Assembly: GCA_020832135.1 (NCBI GenBank)
Contig: JAFIFG010000106.1
Coordinates: 5,346-29,345, forward strand
DNA from: Clostridiaceae bacterium
GTDB lineage: Bacteria; Bacillota; Clostridia; Peptostreptococcales; Natronincolaceae
Direction: 5' to 3'
Length of the DNA: 24,000 nucleotides
Of the stretch, positions 16,788 to 24,000 are shown piece after piece. A program made the position numbers and the translations under genes. Under the pieces are notes generated by a model. It saw only the letters and a program-made list of their open reading frames with translations. It was not told where the DNA came from and did not search any database. How positions within the stretch are numbered: position 1 is the stretch's first letter; each line of letters starts with the position of its first letter.

Positions 16788-17108
16788 TTATTTGTTTTGT
16801 TGAATAATACTACTACCAATGGTGGTTCCAACCAATGCAATGGCAGCATAGATAACAGTATAAATCCAAGCAGTGCTATTATAATAAATGAAAATGGTTG
16901 GAATAAAAAGACTGGCTACTATAAGAGGGTAGAATAATTTAAATCCACTTCTAGCCCCATGTAATAAAGCTGCTGTGAAGCAGATTAATGGTACAGCAAT
17001 CAATAGAATCAACATAAAGCTCCCCGTATCTCTACCCAGCAAGGGCAGTAAATAAAAGGCTATTGCTGTTACAATTAAATACGGTAACATTTGTTTTAAC
17101 TTATCCAT
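16788..17108 (-). CDS. Hypothetical small integral membrane protein (106 aa, 3-4 TM)
   Basis: Strong RBS AAAGGAGGAAA 5 nt upstream of the ATG. The hydrophobic helices are separated by short polar loops. No SMR or CrcB signature. Confidence 0.6.
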   Translation of the reverse strand: MDKLKQMLPYLIVTAIAFYLLPLLGRDTGSFMLILLIAVPLICFTAALLHGARSGFKLFYPLIVASLFIPTIFIYYNSTAWIYTVIYAAIALVGTTIGSSIIQQNK

Positions 17109-17169
17109 GGTGATTTCCTCCTTTTATGGCTTAATTATGCTGCTTTATTTTAAGATGTTCTCTTATTTA

Positions 17170-17380
17170 AAATCACTTTAGCAAGGAATTGGCAACGTGA
17201 ACTGAGAAACATGGACTAATGGGTAAATATCCTGTTGCTCTTTTGAAAATTGTATTTTTCTCGTCTAAATAGAATAACACAACACCTTTCTCTCCATCGC
17301 CATGATAGGGTGGTTCAACCAGTAATAGGGGCAGGTTTCCACACCTGCCCCTTAAGACACTCCATACCTTATACAATTAG
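17170..17380 (-). other. Unassigned GC-richer island containing a 9-bp G/C hairpin; possible 5' leader, small RNA or gene remnant
   Basis: Locally higher GC than the flanking intergenic DNA. Hairpin ggggcaggt (17328-17336) / acctgcccc (17343-17351). The only ORF here has a TTG start and no RBS. The strand assignment is a guess based on the downstream membrane gene. Confidence 0.3.
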
Positions 17381-17728
17381 ACGATAGATTTTCAAAAATG
17401 TTCCTGTAAAGTTGCTACTCTAGATAAATAATTTAAAAACAATTCTTATTTTCTACATAAATATCCTCATTAATCTCGATCCATGCTTCACCTCTTTTTA
17501 TTAAACTTCTACTTCCACTATATGCACTTATTAATATTATTCTATTAGATATAGTTTTTTAATGCAATAATACTTTTATTCATGATCGTTCCCAATTACT
17601 TTCGACCTCACTTGAAGCCAGAGCATATGATAACTTATGCCTAACCAATTACGTATCAAAAGCTTGAAAATCCCTAAAATAACATGTATAGTTAAGGTAA
17701 TTTATTACAATTATTAGGTGGTGTAGTA

Positions 17729-19519
17729 TTGAGTATCTATGAAAAACGAGTAGTTAAATATGAGAAATTGGTTAATAAGTTAGATAAGAAAATGCATTCC
17801 ATAAGTAACTGGAGATTATTGACTGCTGTTAGTGGTATTATTATTTCTGTTGGGGCCGATAAGTTTAAGTTATATTATTTGTTTTGGAGCTCTGTACTTA
17901 TTTTCTCTTCCTTATTTATTTACTTAGTTCTTGAATATAATAAGTTAAAAAGAATGCTTAAGTATGGACAATCTATGCTTAAGATTAATAATGACTCTTA
18001 TAAAAGATTAGATGGAACCTGGATTGATTTTGAAGATACTGGAGAAGAGTTCAGGGATGAGCATCATGAGTATTCCCATGATCTAGATATATTCGGTAGA
18101 GGGTCACTTTTTCAATGGATTAATGCTACTAATACTTACTTGGGAAGAAATAGGTTTAAGGAGTGGTTAACTAATCCTTGTCATTCAGAAGATTTTTTAC
18201 ATAATAGACAAGCTGCTCTTAATGAACTTGGTGAAAAACGATGGTGGCGACAAAAATTTCAAGCTGAGGGTATGGATATAGCTGAGCAGGTTAGAGAAGA
18301 TAAGAGTCTAATAGAATGGCTAGCTAGTAGCAATAAATTATATGGTAGGAAGCATATAGTTTTTTTAATCCGTCTTCTACCAATACTTACAATCTCTGCT
18401 TTCTTATTAAGCTATGGATTTAATATTATTCCTAGATTAATTCCTATACTTGGAGTTATTATCCATATTATTATTCTTCTTGCAAATATTAAGAAAAGAA
18501 ATCTAGCTTTTAAAACTGTATGTACCTATCAAAGAAACATTAGAGTATATAAAATGATGCTTAAGCATTTTGAGAAATCAAATTTTAAATCTACTTATAT
18601 AAAAACGTTAAAGGAAGGTATCAGAAGTAAAGACGGGTTATTATCCTATGAGCAATTAGGTACATTAGATAAAATTGTGGATCGCATTGCCAATAGAAGT
18701 AATTTCATGTTTATACCTATTAATATTCTTCTCCTATGGGATTATCAGTGTATGATATCATTAGAAAAATGGAAAAGAAACTCTGGTGGTTTAGTAGATC
18801 AATGGCTAAATGCATTAGGCGAGATGGAGGCTTTATCTAGCTTAGCTATTATTAACTTTGATTACCCTCACTGGGCAATTCCTGAATTTACTTTAGAGAG
18901 GTCGGTTATTAGAGCAAAAGGAATAGGTCACCCTCTTTTAACTAACAAACAGATATATAATGATCTAATTATAGAGGAGCCTAAAAATATTCTATTAATT
19001 ACAGGTTCTAATATGTCTGGTAAAAGTACATTATTAAGAACTGTTGGAATTAATCTTGTACTTGCCTATGCAGGAGCACCAGTTTGTGCTAATGAATTTC
19101 AATGCTCTTTTATGAATCTATATACCTGCATGAGAATTACCGATAATCTTGAAAAAAGCATATCCTCCTTTTATGCAGAACTACTACGAATTAAAGAAAT
19201 TCTTAAAGCTACAGAGGGTAACCAGCAAGTATTTTTCTTGCTAGACGAAATATTTAAGGGAACTAATTCCCATGATAGACATATAGGTGCCAAGATGTTA
19301 ATTGCAAAGTTATACAAACAAAATGCAGTTGGATTAGTCTCTACCCATGATTTAGAGCTAGGAGAAATGGAACAGGATACTAATGGAAATATAGTTAACT
19401 ATCATTTCCAGGAGCACTATAAGAACAATAAGATTTATTTCGATTACAAATTAAGAAAAGGAGTTTCTACAACAAGAAATGCCTTGTACTTAATGAAAAT
19501 GATTGGTATAGAAGATTAG
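17729..19519 (+). CDS. MutS-related protein: MutS domain V ABC-type ATPase with membrane-spanning N-terminal half; no mismatch-binding or Smr domain
   Basis: 596 aa. Walker A GSNMSGKSTLLR, Walker B FFLLDEIFKGTNSHDR, and STHDLEL, which are MutS C-terminal ATPase signatures. There are two hydrophobic hairpins (about aa 30-70 and about aa 210-255). TTG start 7 nt after AGGTGG. Confidence 0.8.
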   Translation: MSIYEKRVVKYEKLVNKLDKKMHSISNWRLLTAVSGIIISVGADKFKLYYLFWSSVLIFSSLFIYLVLEYNKLKRMLKYGQSMLKINNDSYKRLDGTWIDFEDTGEEFRDEHHEYSHDLDIFGRGSLFQWINATNTYLGRNRFKEWLTNPCHSEDFLHNRQAALNELGEKRWWRQKFQAEGMDIAEQVREDKSLIEWLASSNKLYGRKHIVFLIRLLPILTISAFLLSYGFNIIPRLIPILGVIIHIIILLANIKKRNLAFKTVCTYQRNIRVYKMMLKHFEKSNFKSTYIKTLKEGIRSKDGLLSYEQLGTLDKIVDRIANRSNFMFIPINILLLWDYQCMISLEKWKRNSGGLVDQWLNALGEMEALSSLAIINFDYPHWAIPEFTLERSVIRAKGIGHPLLTNKQIYNDLIIEEPKNILLITGSNMSGKSTLLRTVGINLVLAYAGAPVCANEFQCSFMNLYTCMRITDNLEKSISSFYAELLRIKEILKATEGNQQVFFLLDEIFKGTNSHDRHIGAKMLIAKLYKQNAVGLVSTHDLELGEMEQDTNGNIVNYHFQEHYKNNKIYFDYKLRKGVSTTRNALYLMKMIGIED

Positions 19520-19524
19520 ATGCA

Positions 19525-19560
19525 ATTTCCCCCTAAATACTCATCTAGGGGAAAATTTTT
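19525..19560 (+). terminator. Rho-independent terminator of the MutS-related gene
   Basis: tttcccccta / taggggaaaa stem (one bulged C), followed by ttttt. Confidence 0.7.
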
Positions 19561-19754
19561 CACTCTTATATTTTTATCTAAAACCTCTCAAACCTCTAAT
19601 TTCAACTTGCCTCTTCTCTATCTATCAAAACCACATACTCCACATGGGTTTTGATAGAAAGATGATACTGATACGCAATAATATTTATTTTGCATAAAGA
19701 TGTACCCCCCTATAATTAAGGGGACTATCTGGAATATTTGTTGATGCCGTTTTC

Positions 19755-20126
19755 TCATATCCCATACTTATTGTTGATGAAAGCAAAGGACAAAGACAGT
19801 GACAATACCATAGACAATAGTATGGCCCCTATCGATTTCCAATCTTCCTTCCAGATAAATCTCTCTTCTCTAAATCTAAGTCCATAGACCCATATTATTA
19901 TACAAGTAAGAAAGGCGAACAAAATATTGATATTAAGTATGTAAACTGATACCGAAAGAATTACTTCCTCTTTTTTATGGTACAGTACAAATTCTTGTAA
20001 ATACCTAAATACCTTATTTAAATAAAAAATAAGTGATAAGGATGTAACAAGTACTGCATACACAATTATTTTTTGAACGGATTTAAGAAATAACCAAGTA
20101 AAATTCATCAAAACTATTTCATACAT
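19755..20126 (-). CDS. Hypothetical integral membrane protein (123 aa, about 4 TM)
   Basis: Hydrophobic helices throughout. Its ATG overlaps the stop of the upstream disrupted ORF in an ATGTATGA arrangement. Confidence 0.5.
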   Translation of the reverse strand: MYEIVLMNFTWLFLKSVQKIIVYAVLVTSLSLIFYLNKVFRYLQEFVLYHKKEEVILSVSVYILNINILFAFLTCIIIWVYGLRFREERFIWKEDWKSIGAILLSMVLSLSLSFAFINNKYGI

Positions 20127-20448
20127 TAAGTTCTATTTGGCAGAGCTTTTTCAGTTCAATGTTTGCATTCTCTTCAACTTTATCAAAAGATTTCTTTTTA
20201 GTATTGTATCGAGACTCAGCATCTTCTACAATGTTTTTAGCTTCCAACAGCTTTTTTACACCTGTTGATGTTGATGTTGCACCTATAACTCCTGCTGTAG
20301 AAATGGTGCCAATAGCAGTCGCACCTGTAGCAGTTCCCGCTACAGGGAAGTCCCCGGGGCGTTTTTTTAAAATGCTGTCGTTGAGCTTTCTTAATAACGT
20401 TCCTCTAATATCTAGGACCCTGTCTAATTATCTAATACTGGCTGTCAT
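20119..20448 (-). pseudogene. Disrupted ORF (about 109 codons) with in-frame TAA at codon 7; Gly/Ala/Thr-rich segment followed by a charged helical tail
   Basis: Hand translation: MTASIR*LDRVLDIRGTLLRKLNDSILKKRPGDFPVAGTATGATAIGTISTAGVIGATSTSTGVKKLLEAKNIVEDAESRYNTKKKSFDKVEENANIELKKLCQIELNV*. There is no ATG/GTG/TTG after the TAA, so it is missing from the ORF track. The stop overlaps the next gene's start. Confidence 0.4.
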
Positions 20449-20850
20449 TTCCCCTTTAATTCTTCTTATTATATTATCCCTTGTTACTGCTATTGAATAT
20501 CAGATAGCTATTATGCTTGGTATTCTTGGAAGGGTTGCCTTAACTGTCATATTATTTGTCCAACTAGGCTATAAAACTTTCTTTAATGAAGAAAGTTGAT
20601 TAATTATTGGTGAATAGAAAAAATAACGAGTGAATATATATGCCCATATGCTAGATGCAATTTTAGCCTATAGGCGTATTTTTTATTTATCTTTTCTTAT
20701 TTTATATTATTATTAATCATTTCGTTATGACTTTTGTCCTTGTACCCTAGACCTAAGCAATTTTACTACTCAGTTATATTAACCATATATTATAGATTAA
20801 TATAGTATGTTTATATGAAGAATATAACAAAAAATCTTGTCCCGATAGGT

Positions 20851-21627
20851 CTAGGTAGAAGTTTTCTTTTTCTTAAGGACAACATGATGCCTATTATCCA
20901 CTTTAATAATCGTTGTTTCTACACCATATACTTGTCTGATGTTATTTTCATTAATTATGTCTTTATTTTGACCTTCTGCAATTATTGTTCTATCTTTTAA
21001 TAATAGTAATTTATCACAAAACATTGAAGCCAAATTAATATCATGAATTGCTATAATTGCAATCAGTTTTTTTTCCTTAACGATATTTTTTATTTTCTCA
21101 AGTACATCCATTTGGTTCTTTAAATCAAGGTTACTTGTTGGTTCATCAAGGATTAATAAAGAGGGTTCTTGGGCAATACTTCTGGCAATTATAACTTGCT
21201 GACGTTCTCCTCCGCTTAATTCATTAATATTTTTAAAGGCATAATCCTCCAAATTCAGCATTTCTAAAGCTGCAAATGCCTTATCTTTGTCATTTTTAGT
21301 TATTTTCATATTAATATAGGGTATTCTACCCATCAAAACTGTATCAACAACAGACATGGGAAAGGATGAATAAGTACTTTGTGGAACATAACTAATTATC
21401 TTGGCCTTCTCTTTTATGGAAAAGGAACGTAGGTTTTTTTCAAAAATAATTATATTACCCGACTGAGGTGGTAATATATGAGAAATACATTTTAATAGTG
21501 TTGACTTTCCCATTCCGTTTGGTCCTAACAGACCCAGCAGATTACCTGCTTCAATATCAAAAGAGATATTTTCTAAAATATTATCTCTATGATATTTAAA
21601 TGATAGATTTCTTACTTGCAAACTCAT
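20851..21627 (-). CDS. ABC transporter ATP-binding protein (FepC/BtuD-like iron-chelate/corrinoid importer ATPase)
   Basis: Walker A GPNGMGKST, signature LSGGERQQV, Walker B LLILDEPTSNLD, H-loop AIHD. Confidence 0.9.
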   Translation of the reverse strand: MSLQVRNLSFKYHRDNILENISFDIEAGNLLGLLGPNGMGKSTLLKCISHILPPQSGNIIIFEKNLRSFSIKEKAKIISYVPQSTYSSFPMSVVDTVLMGRIPYINMKITKNDKDKAFAALEMLNLEDYAFKNINELSGGERQQVIIARSIAQEPSLLILDEPTSNLDLKNQMDVLEKIKNIVKEKKLIAIIAIHDINLASMFCDKLLLLKDRTIIAEGQNKDIINENNIRQVYGVETTIIKVDNRHHVVLKKKKTST

Positions 21628-22670
21628 TAGAAATATCCTTTCTTTCTGGTAATAATTAAATTAATAAATAACGGAACACCCAAATAAGAAACAACAATTC
21701 CTACTGGAATAATGACCGGTGACAGTATAACACGACCAATGGTATCAGCAAGAACAACCAAGAGTCCACCGACAGCAGTAGAAAAAGGAAGTAGAAAACG
21801 GTGATCTGATCCAATGATTAATCTTGAAATGTGAGGCGCTACAAGACCAACAAAACCGATAACGCCTGTAAAGCTAATAATTGAAGCTGTAACCAGGACA
21901 CTTAAAATGCCAGCTACTGCTCTGTTTTTAGCTGGATTAATACCCAGTCCTTGAACAAGCTCATCCTCATTGGAAGCCATGGCATTAAATACCCATGCTT
22001 GACGATATAGAAGAGGAAAACAAATTACAATTACCACCATAACATAAACAACATGCTCCCATGTTGATGCATTTAGACTTCCAAATGTCCAAGCAACTGC
22101 AGATGCCAACTGATGCTCTTGAGAAAAAAAATGAATGGTGGCTGTAAATGCACTAAATAAATAATTAAGCGCAATGCCCGTTAAAATCAATGTTTCTGGT
22201 GTTAGGCCAATTTTATTTGAAATACCATACACCAGCAGAGCACATAAAAGTGAAAAGAAAAATGCCGTTAATACAATACCAAAGCTTGTACTAGTATAAA
22301 TACCTAACCCAAAAACAATGGCCAATGATGCTCCAAAAGCTGCTGCAGAAGATATGCCAATGGTAAAAGGACTTACTAAAGGGTTCCTTGTAATAGCCTG
22401 CATAACTGTTCCAGCAAAGGATAGGCCTGCCCCCGCTAAAATAGCCATAAGAATTCTTGGTATACGCAAGTGCAAAATAATTTTTTCCTGCACTGTTAAA
22501 GAACTATTCGTCAATATCTTTCTAATTGCACTTAAAACCTCATGCACACTGATATTAGCTGTTCCAAGTGTTATAGTATAAATGGAAAGTATAATCATAA
22601 ATACAAACAACAATGAAATCCATTTTATTTTTTTGTTTGTTTGTTCATCATATTGTTCTCTGATATCCAA
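21627..22670 (-). CDS. FecCD/BtuC-family ABC permease
   Basis: 347 aa with about 9-10 TM helices and a typical FecCD layout (LRIPRILMAILAGAGLS..., ...GVIGFVGLVAPHISRLI). Its stop overlaps the ATPase start by 1 nt. Confidence 0.9.
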   Translation of the reverse strand: MDIREQYDEQTNKKIKWISLLFVFMIILSIYTITLGTANISVHEVLSAIRKILTNSSLTVQEKIILHLRIPRILMAILAGAGLSFAGTVMQAITRNPLVSPFTIGISSAAAFGASLAIVFGLGIYTSTSFGIVLTAFFFSLLCALLVYGISNKIGLTPETLILTGIALNYLFSAFTATIHFFSQEHQLASAVAWTFGSLNASTWEHVVYVMVVIVICFPLLYRQAWVFNAMASNEDELVQGLGINPAKNRAVAGILSVLVTASIISFTGVIGFVGLVAPHISRLIIGSDHRFLLPFSTAVGGLLVVLADTIGRVILSPVIIPVGIVVSYLGVPLFINLIITRKKGYF

Positions 22671-22691
22671 ATTTAACCCGCCTTTAATATT

Positions 22692-22730
22692 ATAAATACA
22701 TTACTACCAGATTGGTAGTAATGTATTTAT
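22692..22730 (-). repeat. Perfect 18-bp inverted repeat (intra-operon hairpin) between the binding-protein and permease genes
   Basis: ataaatacattactacca (22692-22709), loop gat, tggtagtaatgtatttat (22713-22730). No U-tract follows on the minus strand. Confidence 0.8.
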
Positions 22731-22742
22731 ATCTATTTCTTA

Positions 22743-23816
22743 TTATAGTACTGGATAGAAATGTCCATCCACAAACTGAAAGCCTTGTATATCCTCCATC
22801 CATTGTCTTTCTATTTCTACCGGATTTAACTCTGGTAACATATCTCCGTAAATCCATTTTGCCATATACGCTGCACCAACTAGTTTAGAAGCACCACCAT
22901 GACCAAATTGGGACATCACGTATACTTCATTATTTCTAACAGCCTCAATCTCCTCCCAGGCTGGCCTATTTTTGATTTCTTCAATTACACGTTGGCTTTG
23001 TTCTAAGCGAGGTGCTTCATATAAGCCAGTTCCTGAAAGTGCATGATCAGGGGTAATCATTTTTACAATGACATCTGGGTTTTTGATAATCACTTCTTCT
23101 GGATTGATGACAGTACCAGTCAAACCTTCCAGTCTTTCTTGGAAAATATGTTCTCCACCAGATAATGTGACCATCCCATAAAAGAAGTCACCTTCAAATG
23201 TGGTAGCAAATTCATTCAGTGTTTCAAGATACACTGTTCTTTTTTCTACCTCAGCTATTTGCACTGTAATATAGTCTGCTACATCACTATACCAACCAAT
23301 AAATGTCTCTGCTTCTTGTTCTTTTCCAAACATCTTCCCTAAGTTGGTAACCTGATCAATAAAATCAAAGGTGTCATAACCAGATACCACAACTACTTGG
23401 ATTCCAAAAGGCTCAAGGATTTTTGCATCTTCTTCCCAAGTGCCATTTTTAGGAGTAATCAATACCTGGGGAGCCAATTCAATTATTTTTTCATAGTTTA
23501 ACTCTCTTTGGCCACGTCCAATTGTATTCTCAGGGTCAAACTCACTCCAAAACTCACGGTCCTGTGCAGTATTCATATCGACGGCGATAACACGATCAAT
23601 TGCCCCTATTGCCCTGATTAGCTCACTGTTATAACGGTTGGCAACGACTGCAGTCTCCACTGGATAGGGTAATTCAACAGTTCTGCCTGCATTATCAATG
23701 ATAGTAACAGTCTCCTGTTGTAACTCTACAGTTTCCTCTGATTTCTGCCCACAATTAGTTAGAAATAATGTTGAGCAAAATAATAGAATAAATACTACAA
23801 TATACCTTGTTTTCAT
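22743..23816 (-). CDS. ABC transporter substrate-binding lipoprotein (class III PBP, BtuF/FhuD-like)
   Basis: Signal peptide with a lipobox-like LFLTNC, 357 aa. It is the first gene of an operon with a FecCD permease and ATPase, downstream of a B12-box leader. Confidence 0.85.
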   Translation of the reverse strand: MKTRYIVVFILLFCSTLFLTNCGQKSEETVELQQETVTIIDNAGRTVELPYPVETAVVANRYNSELIRAIGAIDRVIAVDMNTAQDREFWSEFDPENTIGRGQRELNYEKIIELAPQVLITPKNGTWEEDAKILEPFGIQVVVVSGYDTFDFIDQVTNLGKMFGKEQEAETFIGWYSDVADYITVQIAEVEKRTVYLETLNEFATTFEGDFFYGMVTLSGGEHIFQERLEGLTGTVINPEEVIIKNPDVIVKMITPDHALSGTGLYEAPRLEQSQRVIEEIKNRPAWEEIEAVRNNEVYVMSQFGHGGASKLVGAAYMAKWIYGDMLPELNPVEIERQWMEDIQGFQFVDGHFYPVL

Positions 23817-23850
23817 TTCTATCTTCCTTTCTATTTATGTTTTGCCGGGC

Positions 23851-23890
23851 AATAAAAAAAAGTCTCCCAGCTATTAACTAAGAGACTTTC
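23851..23890 (-). terminator. Leader terminator (expression platform of the cobalamin riboswitch)
   Basis: On the minus strand, aaagtctc ... gagacttt is followed by an 8-nt U-run (+ strand A-run 23854-23861). It lies about 35 nt upstream of the binding-protein start. Confidence 0.6.
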
Positions 23891-24000
23891 CCATCTTAAA
23901 GTCTTCTTAAAGTATCATATAAACGATACTGACAAAACATAAAAGTCCCCCTTGTTTTGTCTAATCTAAGGCAGGTCTCCTGGCTCACGGGTCTCTCTCC
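23891..24000 (-). promoter_or_regulatory. Cobalamin (B12) riboswitch, 3' portion only (5' part lies beyond the window end)
   Basis: The minus strand reads ...gtgAGCCAGGAGACCTGCCtta..., which is + strand 23970-23985. This matches the B12-box consensus (AGYCMGGAGACCKGCC as I recall it). It is followed by helices and a terminator upstream of a BtuFCD-like operon. Confidence 0.7.

Noticed and set aside
16658-16849. 63-aa minus-strand ORF
   Set aside because: It overlaps both the 94-aa and 106-aa ORFs in alternative frames, and both of those have good RBSs. This ORF has none.
17289-17300. ggcgatggag on the minus strand resembling the 5' core of fluoride (crcB) riboswitches, upstream of a small membrane protein
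   Set aside because: The required complementary segment (..UUCGCC) and the downstream conserved elements are absent, and the downstream protein lacks CrcB features.
17173-17376. 67-aa minus-strand ORF as a protein-coding gene
   Set aside because: It has a TTG start, no RBS and no recognisable family. I report the region as an unassigned structured island or remnant instead.
20159-20599. 146-aa + strand ORF
   Set aside because: Its first half is antisense to a minus-strand frame that has a coupled stop/start junction with the next gene. It has no RBS at 20159. Its hydrophobic C-terminal half (about 20372-20599) could be a small membrane ORF, but that part also lacks an RBS. This is left unresolved rather than called.
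20815-21000. 61-aa + strand ORF
   Set aside because: It overlaps the 3' end of the ABC ATPase gene in antisense and has no RBS.

Overview
AT-rich window (about 30% GC by eye) with Firmicutes/Clostridia-style signals: AGGAGG-type RBSs, hairpin plus T-run terminators, and occasional GTG/TTG starts. I count about 26 plausible protein genes, mostly on the minus strand and mostly ordinary chromosomal functions. These are NAD kinase, two tandem DAACS-family symporters, an LtaS-family membrane enzyme, peptidase T, a CspA-family cold-shock protein, an isochorismatase-family hydrolase, Tag glycosylase, a HAD hydrolase, an FAD oxidoreductase, a GNAT acetyltransferase and small membrane proteins. There is also a BtuFCD-like ABC importer whose leader, cut by the right window edge, carries a cobalamin-riboswitch B12 box. 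I saw no rRNA, tRNA, CRISPR array, transposase or integrase. The parts worth a second look are: (1) a self-contained agr-type peptide quorum-sensing cassette at 9009-11332 in non-canonical order (AgrD-like peptide, AgrC-like kinase, AgrB, unknown 77-aa ORF). It has no response regulator in the window, and its precursor predicts a serine-lactone rather than cysteine-thiolactone ring. (2) An adjacent 92-aa protein that is more than half glutamine. (3) A membrane-anchored MutS domain-V-only ATPase. (4) A GC-richer, hairpin-containing unassigned island upstream of a small membrane protein. (5) Several decayed genes: an OYE remnant with an in-frame TAG, a 5'-truncated GNAT, and an ORF with a stop at codon 7 that is still coupled to a downstream membrane gene. 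All functional calls come from motif recognition by eye on the supplied translations and on my own hand translations. No database search or folding computation was run.
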